Positions 25,464-37,800 of a DNA stretch of 56,307 nt are shown piece by piece. This DNA comes from Psammoneis japonica (lineage: Eukaryota). Within the stretch, counting starts at the first letter, position 1. The number at the start of each line of letters is the position of its first letter. The position numbers were made by a program, and so were the translations under genes. The stretch lies in assembly GCA_008632985.1 (NCBI GenBank), contig QPGO01000028.1:124001-180307 (forward strand). Direction: 5' to 3'. The notes under the pieces are model-generated. The model had not been told where the DNA came from, did no database searches, and saw only the letters and a list, made by a program, of their open reading frames with translations.

Positions 25464-27082
25464 ATAATGTATTTGTTTTCTTATTATAAAATAAGTTTGT
25501 GTTTATATGCTTTGCTCGGACTCTAGCACTAAGTAGAGGCTCTCTCTCTCTCGAACAACAATGCTTTCCGGTGGTTGCTGGAGTGCACAAAATGCGTTTT
25601 GCTTTTTTGTTGTTTTGCGCGACAATTTTTGCACAGTGCGTCTGCAATCTTACAAGAGGTTAACCCACTCTTGGTTGAATCTGTGCAATTGCCTCCATGC
25701 AAAAAAACCAAACACCATTGTGTTTTTGCACAGTGCATCTCAATCTTGTCGGCACAGTGAGTGACTCTGGTTGGTTGGCCCACAGTGTGCTGGAACCCAA
25801 GAACATGCGCTGCGGCTGCACACACTGCACTCTGTCCATCATGATGGCTGCACATTGGGGGAGGCAATTGGGTCAAGAACAATTTTGTCAAAGTGAGCAG
25901 AGTCATCTGTGTTGTGGCTCCTGGGGAACGAGCAGCACACTCCACCAGCAGGAAAGGAGTGCTGCAAGGGCTTTGCACAAAGGGAGGGCTCAAGTTGGGC
26001 ACCTGCTGGGGCAGTGCAATTTTGAGTTCAATGATCAGTTTTGTGGGAGGAGCAAGCATTGTGATGGTTGCATTTCTTGTTGCTTTCCTGCCTTCAAACA
26101 GTGTCTTGCAGCTCTGTTGGTTCTTTCCAACAAAAGAGAAGGGTTTGTGCTTTTGATGTGGGGGCACCACTGGCAGGCATCATGAAGAGAGCAAAAGACC
26201 AGCCACAAGAAGAGCTGTTCTCACTTCCCTTGATTGTCCTTCCATTCAACCTGCACTGTTTGGTGCTCTGCAAATGCACACAAAGAAACAGAGAACCCAA
26301 CAGCAGATGCAGCAACATGGCTGTCATTGCTGACATGAGATTGTGGGGGCAAGAACAGCACTCCAGCACCTCCCTCCCAGGTCTGCTGGAGGTCTCACTC
26401 CCAAACACTGCACAAGACTCTGGGTCTCCACCAAAGCATGCATGCACTCCAACCTCAAATGCGGCATCTCACACAAATGACTCTGTGATGTCAATGACAT
26501 CCTGCCCCAGCACACACTGAGATTGGCAGTCAACAACGATCCTTGAGTGCATGCTTTGCAGCCCCCAATGAATTGAAGTGCATCTGTGGATGCCCAGACA
26601 AAGCAGATGATGCCATGCACACATGTGCTCTCAATGTGTCAAATGAGATGGTTGCCATTCACAACAAAAAAACCTTGATTCACCCTCTTCCTTTCATGTG
26701 TTCAGTCAAAGAATGCTTGCTGGAAACAAAGGACACAAACAAATCAGCTGCACCATCATGTGAAAGAAAATGGTGCCAGCTGGTTGTGCTTTTCTGATGA
26801 GATGCAAAGTGAGCCTTGTGCATTTTGGAAGCACAGCTCTCGCCACTTTCTCACAATCATTGCTCAACCTCTTTGCCCCAGTTGGACAACTGGTGTTTTT
26901 TTTTTTTGGAGGCATCTTGGGTGCACTTGCGTCAACTTTCCACCATGCAAACAAAGAACACATTGTGTGCAAATGATGAGTGAGCCAGCACTTGTTTGTG
27001 ATTTGTTTGTGCACCACAGTTTTTCAAGCCAACAAAATTTGCACAAATGCACACTTTTCTTCATGAATGTGGTGCCAGTCAA

Positions 27083-28325
27083 TTTCCTGCAAGTGTGGAC
27101 AATGGCTGTGGTTTTGCAGCAGTTTGCGCCACTCACAGCAGCAGTGTGGTTGAAGTGCTGTTGTCTCATTTGTCGCAAGAGGTCATTGTCTTGGTGACAG
27201 CATCATTCCTGCATGGGTGCAGGGGTCATTGTGAGGTTGTGAGCAGTGCTCCCTTGTGGAAGCAAGGCCCCTCTGACAGCAACAAACACACAAAATTGCT
27301 TTGACAGCCTCTTCTTTTCAACAGTCTTGTTTTCCTGCAAGTGTGAACAATGGCTGTGGTTTTGCAGTGGTTCATGCCACTCATGGCAGCAGTGTGGATG
27401 AAGTGCTGTTGTCTCATTTGTTGCAAGAGGTCATTGTCTTGGTGACAGCATCATTCCTGCATGGGTGCAGGGGTCATTGTGAGGTTGTGAGCAGTGCTCC
27501 CTTGTGGAAGCAAGGCCCCTCTGACAGCAACAAACACACAAAATTGCTTTGACAGCCTCTTCTTTTCAACAGTCTTGTTTTCCTGCAAGTGTGAACAATG
27601 GCTGTGGTTTTGCAGTGGTTCATGCCACTCATGGCAGCAGTGTGGATGAAGTGCTGTTGTCTCATTTGTTGCAAGAGGTCATTGTCTTGGTGACAGCATC
27701 ATTCCTGCATGGGTGCAGGGGTCATTGTGAGGTTGTGAGCAGTGCTCCCTTGTGGAAGCAAGGCCCCTCTGACAGCAACAAACACACAAAATTGCTTTGA
27801 CAGCCTCTTCTTTTCAACAGTCTTGTTTTCCTGCAAGTGTGAACAATGGCTGTGGTTTTGCAGTGGTTCATGCCACTCATGGCAGCAGTGTGGATGAAGT
27901 GCTGTTGTCTCATTTGTTGCAAGAGGTCATTGTTTTGGTGACAGCATCATTGTCCTGCATGGGTGCGGGGGTCATTGTGAGGTTGTGAGCAGTGCTCCCT
28001 TGTAGAAGCAAGGCCCCTCTGACAGCAACAAACACACAAAATTGCTTTGGCGCCTCTTCTTTTCAACCGTCTTGTTTTCCTGCAAGTGTGAACAATGGCT
28101 GTGGTTTTGCAGTGGTTCATGCCACTCATGGCAGCAGTGTGGATGAAGTGCTGTTGTCTCATTTGTTGCAAGAGGTCATTGTTTTGGTGACAGCATCATT
28201 GTCCTGCATGGGTGCGGGGGTCATTGTGAGGTTGTGAGCAGTGCTCCCTTGTAGAAGCAAGGCCCCTCTGACAGCAACAAACACACAAAATTGCTTTGGC
28301 CGCCTCTTCTTTTCAACCGTCTTGT
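27083..28325. repeat. Tandem array of about 5 copies of a ~248-bp unit
   Basis: Near-identical ORF translations start at 27301, 27549 and 27797 (period 248); the last two copies differ by a few substitutions/indels. Confidence 0.93.
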
Positions 28326-28665
28326 TGTCATCTTTGATGTGTGCAAGAAGCTTGGTCTGTTGAGCAACTCATCCTTGTTGATGATGCAAATTTTGCTGTT
28401 TGTTTTCACCAACACAAGTTTTGTTGCCACCACAGTCTCTGCAACACCTGCTCCCAAAACTCAAGTGGGGAAAGATTGGTTGGCTCAGATGCAGATGACA
28501 AAGAGTCGTCAATCTCCCCAACCACCGCACACCCAGGAGGAACCCCAATGAAATCCTCAACCAGGCCCGCCCCAAACTGCACAATTGCTGGTTCTCAATG
28601 CTGCCATTTGCACTCACAGCTCATGGCCCTGCCACCACTGTCACTCCCCACTCCTGCCCCCCCCC

Positions 28666-28904
28666 NNNNNNNNNNNNNNNNNNNNNNNNNNNNNNNNNNN
28701 NNNNNNNNNNNNNNNNNNNNNNNNNNNNNNNNNNNNNNNNNNNNNNNNNNNNNNNNNNNNNNNNNNNNNNNNNNNNNNNNNNNNNNNNNNNNNNNNNNNN
28801 NNNNNNNNNNNNNNNNNNNNNNNNNNNNNNNNNNNNNNNNNNNNNNNNNNNNNNNNNNNNNNNNNNNNNNNNNNNNNNNNNNNNNNNNNNNNNNNNNNNN
28901 NNNN
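28666..28904. other. Assembly gap (N run)
   Basis: 239 N. Confidence 0.99.
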
Positions 28905-29033
28905 ATTGATCTTGCTTGTTCTAGCCAGATCTCAGACTGCTGGACATTTAAAGTGCAGATTGACACATCCGCAACAAAACAGCGGTGCAGCCTCTTGCAG
29001 CTGGCTGACCCAAGCCACAGCTTTGGTGCCGCC

Positions 29034-29944
29034 GACTTGTTCCAGACTTAGGTGCCCTCACGCGCGAAAAAATGACCCTTTTCGCATGAAACGCGCGGTC
29101 CACACTTGCGGTACCATTTTCGATAGTAAAAACATAACAATTTTCAAATGTGTTGTTATGGGTACATACAGAAAGGTCTTGTGCGTGTACCCATGTATTC
29201 GAAACTGTCGATGGGCTCAGTTATTAGTCCCTAAATTGTACCGCAAGTTGAGAGCTCTGTTTTCCGAGGAGCGATTTATAGATGTCTAAATGTGTGTAGA
29301 AACGTATAAAATATTATTCTTATATATAAATTAACCCTCTTACATAACATAATCAATCTTTGGTTACAATGCGCGAATACAACTTTGATTCAACGGATCG
29401 AATAAAACATACGTTGATTTATAAGTTTCGGACGACGTGAGAAGAAGGGTAGCTCAGCCCACGCAATGGCGTCGACTTCGGACCATTTTTCACTGTTTAA
29501 GAGGCATAAACAATTGAGACACTTGAATCCGTCGAATATATTGAGGAAGTATACATGGTAATGGCAAAGAAATGGTCCTTAGAGGCAAATTGTGAGTGAA
29601 TTGAGGCTCAATTGTTGTTGCTGACAGATTTAGTATTATTGTGCCGCGCTGCAACCTGTAACAAGCATTTTCACTATTGTTGTTGATGCCATAGACTATA
29701 TCAAATACGGAGGTCCTCGTCATGACATTAAATTTTCCATAAGGCTGAAAAAAGTGGGCCGTCATGGTCACTGAAAGCCATGGCCGGTTTGGCTGTTTGT
29801 TTGTTCGAGTTTATTCTGTTTATTTTACTTATAAGCAATTAATATGATCAATATGATGAAATATGTACGATGTTGTATAAAGCATAAAAAATTTTTTTTC
29901 TGCGAAAAGGGGCATGTGCGCGCCACCTAAGTCTGGAACAAGTC
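29034..29944. mobile_element. Young non-autonomous DNA transposon: 21-bp perfect TIRs, 4-bp TSD CGCC
   Basis: GACTTGTTCCAGACTTAGGTG (29034-29054) / CACCTAAGTCTGGAACAAGTC (29924-29944); CGCC at 29030-29033 and 29945-29948. Interrupts a repeat whose uninterrupted paralogue lies at ~30676-31030. Confidence 0.88.
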
Positions 29945-29948
29945 CGCC

Positions 29949-32834
29949 AACAGTGCAAGACCCGCACATAGAATCGGTTGCATTGGCTTCTCCAAGTGCA
30001 ATGTTTGGGGCTCAGAAAAGGAGCCAGGCCTGTGCCACATGACTGCTGAACCTCAAACCTCCAGTGTCCCCACCAACGCAACAGCAGCCAAAGTGGAGAG
30101 CAATGGAGTTGCTCACCGATCCATGAGGCAACCAAAATGCAGGCTCACATTGCAAGCTGCTGGACACAACAACCTTGCATCAATGGCATCAAAACCAGGT
30201 GGATGGGAAAGAAAAGTTGGCTGAATGCTTGAGTCCTCTGAAATCCATGAGACAAGACAACAGACAACTTTGCACAGTTTTCAAGGTGCAACTTTTCATG
30301 AGTCAATGTCAGAGTGAAAAGAGCAATGAGCTGGGCAAGTGTTCCAAAAACAAGAATTCAGCCACCTGCAAAAAAAGAATCCAATGCAAACCACAGCAAC
30401 TGTTGACATTTCACTTGGGGGCCATTGTTCTTGGAATCTTTGGCGAAATCCGAACCCAGAAGAAATTGTGCCTGAATTGGACCTTCGTGCCTTCTTGGCT
30501 CAATGTGTTGTAAAGTGATGTGTGTGATGACACTGGCAGAATCCAAATGATTTTGACATCTCTTTAAAAAGAGGGGAACCAAACCACAGATCAATGTCAA
30601 ATGCCCGAATTGTGGTCCATGACCAAGAAGATTGACTCAGTGCCTGGTGAACCCAGAGGTGCACAGAGGCTCTTCATCTTGCTTCTAGATCCTGGAATGC
30701 CAGACATTTAAAATGCAGATTGACACATCTGCAACAAGACAGTGGTGTGGCCTCTTGCAGCTGGCTGACCCAAGCTGCAGCTTTGGCTGCCAGCAGCACA
30801 AGACCCACATGGAATCAGTTGCATTGGCTTCTCTGAGTGTGATGTTTGCGGTTCACAAAAGGAGCCGGGCCCATGCTGCATGACCGCCGAACCCCAAACC
30901 TCTCTGGTGTTCCCACCAATGCAACAGCAAAGCAGAGCAATGGATTTGCTTGCTGATCCATGATGCAACCAAAACAGGCTCATGGTGCAAGCCACTGGCC
31001 ATGACACTCTTGCATCAATGGCTTCAAAACCTTCACATTCTCTTCCAGACCAAATCCTGCCACACCCGTTCAAGTCCACACAAACTTCAGGGGCATCTCC
31101 ATTCTTGGTGTCGACATCTGCCTGTGTGAGTGTGAAACAAGACCTGATGACTCACAGTGCACGTGAGAACCTCAAGAAAGTTTCCAACATTTTTGAACAT
31201 TCCAAACACACAAACTGCATGGGTCCCTTGACAACCAAATCTGTGCCTGTGCCCCATCACTCAGTCCAGTTGATGTTGGGTTCCTGCATCTCAGCATTCT
31301 GAGCTTGAGCAGTTGCTCCCCATCAGAAAGATCCAGCCAAACCACAAGCTTCAAAGACTGTGCGTTTTCATGCATTTGTCATTTGCTGCAGCTCCAAACT
31401 AAAATGTTGCAATTTTGGCTCCTTTTTCTGATTAGATTTGGTGCACAGCATCTTCAAAATCATGTGAAAACTTGTGGTTTCTCTCTACAAACAAGTCAAG
31501 GAGAGTGCAAACAAGTGGTCTGGACACTTCATCATGTGAAATGCTCAAGTTTCATCCTCTGGAAGAGGGTTGAAGTTGGTGAGGTGACTTTGGCAATTTG
31601 TGTAGAAAATGTGACAAGTTCTGTGCAGGTGGAATCTCTGGCCCATTTTTGCACACACACCACCTCAAACAACAATGCTTTCTGTTGGTGGTGTGTGCAA
31701 ATTGTGTTGCTTTCTTCATGTGCAACAACAATGCACTGTTGTGTCTGCAATGCCACACACAAAACAAAAACCAAATGCATGGACTTTTCATGTCATGTGA
31801 GGACAAGTTTGCTCCAGAGAGCAGGCAAAGTCAGTGGCCAAGCTCAGCCAACCAAAGGGGGGGTTGTTGGCAGTGTTCTCTGCAGCAGCTCCAATTGACA
31901 AAGTGGCAAAACATCAAACAGCACAATGATTTTTTTTGTTGGGCTTCACGCAAACAAGAACAAACAAAGCACAGTGAGTCAAATGGAAAAATTCCAGCCA
32001 GAAGTCTTTGAAATGAAAGAGTGTGCCATTCATTGACAGAGTGCACACAACTCATCAGCAGACAATTGGTTGAAACCAGAGAAACAGCATCCTGTGCCAG
32101 TGGTGTGTGCCATGACTGGCAGTGAACCATGACCCTTGAGTGTGTTTTGCAGCCCCCAATTGATGGGAGTGCATCCTTGTTGGATGCAGAAATGAAACAG
32201 ATGGCTCCTGTCACACACCTGTGCTCTCAATGCACCAAATGAGATGGTTGCCGCCCACTTGGATTTTTCATCACTTGAGAGGACATGAACAAATCAGCCA
32301 CATTGCCATGCAAAAGGGGGTGGGGCCAGTTGGTCTTGGTTTTCTGATGAGATGCAGACTGAGCCTTGCTCTTCTTGGAGGCAGAGCTCTTGCTGCTTTC
32401 TTGCCCTCGTCACTCAACCTCTTTGCTTGGGTCAGATGACTGACACATTTGCTCTTTTTTTGGGCATCTTGGGCACTTGTGTCAACTTTTCATTCAAACA
32501 AAAAACAGATTCAGTGCAAATGACCAAGGCAGCACTTGTTTGTGATGGCGACAAGCGACTTGTTGTTTGTGCACCACACAGTGCCTTCTTCAAGCCAATG
32601 AAATGCACAAAAATCCACACTTTTCTTTAATGAACATGACCCCCACCCCCGATTTACTCAAACGAAGCACCCTGCAAGTGTGACGATGGTTGCGGACTTG
32701 TCATGATGGTGCGTGTCATTCACAGCAGCGGTGCAGATGAAGTGCTGAAGTCTCATTTTTTGTGCCGGTGAGGATGGGGGTCCGACAAAAACAACTCTTC
32801 GTGCGTGAAGACGCAGATGCGCATTTTGCATTTT
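29949..32834. repeat. TpA/CpG-depleted degenerate repeat block (block 6)
   Basis: Contains paralogous segments (28905-29030 plus 29949-30197 vs ~30676-31030) and a copy of the ~26560-27180 family. Confidence 0.72.
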
Positions 32835-32838
32835 GACG

Positions 32839-33058
32839 CGAGTGAAATCCGATGCATCAGAGACTGTCCAGTGTGCTCTACAAGTTGAAGTGGCGGGACT
32901 GTGACGTGGTGTCGATGGGAAAGTGACCATGACCATCGATCGGTCTCACTTGTTGCATCCGTTGTAGTTGTAACAGGCCCAGAAGCATCTCATCGGTTGC
33001 ATCGTTGTCGTGCCAAGACTGTGAGTGGCTGAGCCTGTTCGGCAGCTAGATTCACTCG
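32839..33058 (+). repeat. 5' LTR (220 bp)
   Basis: Aligns to the 3' LTR with 12 substitutions and one 3-bp indel. Confidence 0.95.
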
Positions 33059-33072
33059 CTTCATCAGAGCCA
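33059..33072 (+). promoter_or_regulatory. Putative primer-binding site (tRNAi-Met-like)
   Basis: CTTCATCAGAGCCA; the ATCAGAGC core matches the canonical TGGTATCAGAGC but the first four bases differ. Confidence 0.5.
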
Positions 33073-33348
33073 AGTCGTCAACTCAAGTTTAGTTTGACGA
33101 AAAGCGTTGAACAACTGTAAAGAGACGGTCGCACCATTGTGGCAGGGTTGTGGCGACGAATGCCGGTCGATCGAAGGGTGCACGATGATTGTCATCGCCT
33201 GGCATCAGCGAATGCACGAGCAGTGAGGAGACATGGCCAGTCTCCATGCTTCCAATGGCTGTGTGTTGTCGCCAACACATGCTGAGACATCCTTTTGAAT
33301 TTGTGATTTCTCACATGACTCTGTTTTCCTGCTGGCACAGGTGCCACC

Positions 33349-34776
33349 ATGGCGGCTGCTCCTCCGGATCCTATCGAGACAGTGCTCGAATGGATCGGAT
33401 TTGTTGATCCGGCTCAACGAGTCCCGCTCATGACGGACTTTGCGTCTTTTGACGATTTAGAAGACCTCAAGGAAGAGGATGTCGATTCTCTTGCGTCTTC
33501 GCACGCCAGGAGGACGGTTGCTGAAGGGCGCATTTATTTTGGTTTGGCCCGCAGTCGTCGACTCAAAGCTCTCATACATTGGGTTCAGGACTTTGGTCGC
33601 GTGAGCGAGAATCCTGCTCTGGATGGGCTTGATCAAGCCACTTTCCGTGCTGCTCTCCAGACGGCACTTAGTCGCGCCAAGATCCGCTCCCAGACCAAGG
33701 CCACTGCTGACTCTCTCAGTAAAGAGGCGTCGCCCGGAATGTTAGAGAGCGAAAAGGATTGGGTCAAGTGGAGCACCGGTTTGACGAATGTGCTTGGCAT
33801 CATGCTGGGAGTTTCTGGCGTGCTGTTGGTGTGTTGCATTCGTCAAAACGATGCACCCGAACCTCAAGGCCACAACACTTTCGTCCAGAAGTGCATTGCA
33901 TGTGCACCCCTCCAAGGCCCAGCTTTCGAGGCTGACGCTCATACGGTTCATCTGCTCATCGAGTCCCCAACCACGGGCACACCTGGTGAGCAATGGTTGA
34001 AGGACCACAAGAATGAACAGAATGGACGAGTTGACTTTAGGGCGTTGTGCGACCATTGCCAGGGAGAAGGTGACACCTCCCGCCGCATCTCTGAAGCCGA
34101 GCGCATGGAGAACACCCTTCATTGCAAGAGTGAACGCGCCATGCCGTTTGAGTCGTTTGCAAACAAGCTCCAAGAAATGTTCAACATTTTTGACGAGAAC
34201 GACGAACCGAAAACGGAGGCCCAGAAGTTGCGGATCCTTTTTGAGAAGACGCAGCACCAATCACTGCAAGCAGCAGTTGAAACCTTGAAGGCGCAGAAAG
34301 AGTTTGGAGGAGGCATCACGTTCACCACGGCGGCCAATCATCTTGCCGCCAAAGTCGCCACCCTTCCAGAGACGATTGCGCATCGTCGTGCGATTGCCGC
34401 AGTTGCCTCTGGAGGAGGAAGAGAGGGTGGCACCATTTATGATGAGGATGGATCCATTGACACTGGATGCCACAAAAACTGGCACCAGTTGAGCAAGGAG
34501 GACAAACAGAAGGTCATCAACGAGCGCGTGCATCTGGGCATCGCCAAACAACCCAAACCAACCAAACGCCGTGCTGCATCCGTCAAGTCGCTCAAGAAGA
34601 AGAATCAGAAGCTGTCGTCGCAGCTTAAAGAAGCGAACCGCAAAATCTCCGCCCTGAACACTAATGTCAGTGCCGACTCTGGCGATGATGAATCAAGGGC
34701 TGGCGGCAGAGACGGAGACAATGCCGGAGACGCATTCGGTGGTCGCAGCGAAAAGCGCCGAGGAAAGCAGAAATGA
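33349..34776 (+). CDS. gag: Copia Gag-like protein
   Basis: 475-aa ORF between the PBS and pol; LKALIHWVQDF, GEGDTSRR and AFGGR motifs recalled as typical of diatom copia gags. Confidence 0.8.
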   Translation: MAAAPPDPIETVLEWIGFVDPAQRVPLMTDFASFDDLEDLKEEDVDSLASSHARRTVAEGRIYFGLARSRRLKALIHWVQDFGRVSENPALDGLDQATFRAALQTALSRAKIRSQTKATADSLSKEASPGMLESEKDWVKWSTGLTNVLGIMLGVSGVLLVCCIRQNDAPEPQGHNTFVQKCIACAPLQGPAFEADAHTVHLLIESPTTGTPGEQWLKDHKNEQNGRVDFRALCDHCQGEGDTSRRISEAERMENTLHCKSERAMPFESFANKLQEMFNIFDENDEPKTEAQKLRILFEKTQHQSLQAAVETLKAQKEFGGGITFTTAANHLAAKVATLPETIAHRRAIAAVASGGGREGGTIYDEDGSIDTGCHKNWHQLSKEDKQKVINERVHLGIAKQPKPTKRRAASVKSLKKKNQKLSSQLKEANRKISALNTNVSADSGDDESRAGGRDGDNAGDAFGGRSEKRRGKQK

Positions 34777-34815
34777 CTGCTGAGCTGGGCCCTGCTTGGT
34801 TGCATCATAAACTTC

Positions 34816-37800
34816 TTGTTGTGGTTGCCACAATGGGGTGGGGGACAGCCACATCGATCAAAGGAGCAGTGTCCACGTGCCTGTGTCAAACGCATCTGTG
34901 AGGTTGTCACCTCGACGAGACGTGTCTCGGCAACGCGGTCTGACACCACACGAATCACCCACATCCGTGATGTGAGCAAGGTACAGCATGGGCGTCTTGA
35001 AATGGATTCGCATGCTGACACCGCTGTTTTTTGTCAAAACTTTACCCTCTTGGGTCATTCTGGACGAGAATGTGACGTGTTGCCTTTTAACGAGGGATGC
35101 GAGTCCATCAAGAGTGTCCCAATTGTCTCGGCAGCCACGGCGTGGACTTCACCGACATCAGGAGCAACTTTCACTCTGGTCTTCCACGAGGGCTTGTGGA
35201 TGCCGGAGTCCATGGAGCACTCGCTGGTTAACCCAAACCAGCTGCGGCACTTTGGTGTTAAGGTTCAGGACAACCCCTGCTCCGATTCGCCACTGTACAT
35301 CCTCACTGAGGATAGATCTTTCATGATGCCGCTTGAAGCTGTGGGGACCAATGTCGTTGCGGCAACTCGCACTCCTGCAGAGCAGGAATTGCACGAATGC
35401 CCCAAGATCCAGATGACCTCCCAACAACCTTGGGATCCACAGACCGTCAAGTTCAAATCCATTGGAACTCGACGATCTGTGGAGGAGGAAATGGAGCTAG
35501 TTCGGTCAATTGCGACGATCCACACCAATCTAACACACGAGTTCAAAGCTGATCCTGCCTGCAGCAACCCCCAATCCGGGGACTGTTGCAATGAGCGATT
35601 CATTTGTGGAGTCGATCAAGTCCAATCAAGGCTCACAGCTGCCGTTAATGTGGAAATGGAGCCAACAGTCCAGATCTCCGCCACGGAAACAATCGGCAAA
35701 GGACCTGAAGACTCAGCACTCCCGAAGATGTTCATGTCCAAGGAGAGACACAGTGACGCATCGGCTGCTGACTCAAGTGAACGATGGTGCATGGGACTCA
35801 AGCAAGCAGCAAGTGCGCTCAAGAAGACCACACAAAAGCTCATCAGGTCAGCGTTGATGCCTGTGGGTCGGCGCCATCGGGCCGATCGGATGTTCACAAA
35901 GCCCAGGTTACGGGGTGAATGGGCAACCGACACGGTGGACGGCAAGGTGGTTTCGCTGGAGGGCAATCGACATGCCCAGATCTTCACAAACAAGCAACAC
36001 TTCGCTGCGATCTATCCCATGGACAAGAAGAGTAAGGCTGGCGAGGCTCTCAAGACGTTTTGCCAGGAATTTGGCGTGCCAGAGAAACTCCTGATGGACG
36101 GATCTAAGGAGCAAACAAAACCTGGCACGGAGTTCATGAAGACCGTGCGTGAGGAGGGCATAGATTGTCACATCATCGAACCTGATCGACACAACCAGAA
36201 TCCTGCAGAAGGAGTTGCACGCGAGGTTGGACGCAAGTGGTTCCGCATCATGGTCAAGAAGCAAGCACCGCGGCGACTGTGGGACTGCGGATTTACAAGG
36301 ACATGTGAGACCATGTCTTGCACATTCCTTCGAGCACATCATTTGGATGCAGGAGCACCACTAGAGAACGTTCTCAGAGAGACCGTGGACATCTCGGAGC
36401 ACCTCGACTTTGGATTTTATGATTGGGTCTGGTGCAGGGAGAATGCCGGTCCAGGGGACGAGAAGCTTGGTGGGTGGCTTGGTGCATCTCACAGAACAGG
36501 GAGTCTCATGTCGCACCACGTTCTGACACAGACAGGCAGTGTATTTCGAGAACTTCCGTCCAACGAGTCACCAATTTGGAAGCCGCCACTCAAGAGAAAA
36601 AGGCAGAGTTCGACAGTTTTGACGAGGAGATCAAGCGGCGGTTGAAGGAGCAAGATTTCCCCGATGACGAGGATCGTAAGATCAGTCCCGAAGACTGGAA
36701 AGACTGCCTTGGATACGACGATGAATTCCTCGATGAGTGTGATCGTGTCATGTCCTCAGAGGAGGTGGCAAATGACGACGACGATAAGAAAGACGAGGAA
36801 GCCTCACCGGAGGCGGCGGACTGGGGACACATTAACATGGAGGTTGCCCTTCCACGAGATGACAATGGTCCTGAGTTTGCTCATGTCACGAAGAGGTTGA
36901 GAGATGCCAATGGTGTTCCAACAGGAACGGCTGATGACAATCCCATCCTTGACACAAGGATGTGTGAGGTAGAGTGCCCTGATGGGCACCATGCTGCGCT
37001 CTCTGCTAACTCCATTGCCATGAACATGTTTGCTCAGATCGACGAGGACGGAAACCGGCACGTCTCATTCGATGAGATCATTGATTGCCGCACCAACGGG
37101 GACGTTCCTGAATCCGAATTCTTTGAGACCGAGCGAGGCATTTGGAAGAGGCGCAAGACCACCAAAGGATGGGAACTTTTATTCCAATGGAAGGATGGAA
37201 GTGCAACTTGGATCGACTTGAAGATTGCGAAGGAGAGCTTCCCAGTCCAAGTTGCCGAGTTCGCCATTCAGCGCAAGATCTCGGGTGAGGCAGCGTTTGC
37301 TTGGTGGGTTCCTCATGTCATGAAAACCCGCAAGCGTTCCATTGTGAAGGTCAAGTCGAAGTGCTGGCTACGAACACACAAATTTGGCACACGGATCCCG
37401 AAGAGTGTCAAGGAGGCGATCCAGATCGATCGCGCAAATGGCAACACACTGTGGTGGGACGCCATTTGCATGGAGATGAAGAACGTGCGGGTTGCTTTTG
37501 ATGAGTGTGAAGGGGAGCTTAAGGACATGGTGCCTGGTTTCCAGGAAGTGAAGTGCCACATGATTTTTGACATCAAGTTGGGAGAAAACTTCCGCCGTAA
37601 AGCTCGTATGGTGGCTGGAGGCCACACCACTGAAACCCCCGCACACATCACTTGCTCCTCTGTCGTCTCTCGGGATTCGGCAAGAATTGCACTGACGCTT
37701 GCTGCGCTCAATGACTCACAAGTCTTTGCGCGTGACATCCAGAACGCCTGCCTTGCTGCCCCTTGCAGGGAGAAGATTTGGACCAGAGCAGGGTCCGAGT

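Larger units (their letters stand above)
25560..29033. repeat. TpA/CpG-depleted degenerate repeat block (block 5)
   Basis: TA nearly absent; ~26560-27180 is homologous by eye to ~32140-32760. Confidence 0.72.

Noticed and set aside
27083..28325. Possible CRISPR array
   Set aside because: 248-bp head-to-tail units with no unique spacers, no cas genes, eukaryotic context.
28341..29289. Long ORFs spanning the N run
   Set aside because: Open only because of the assembly gap.
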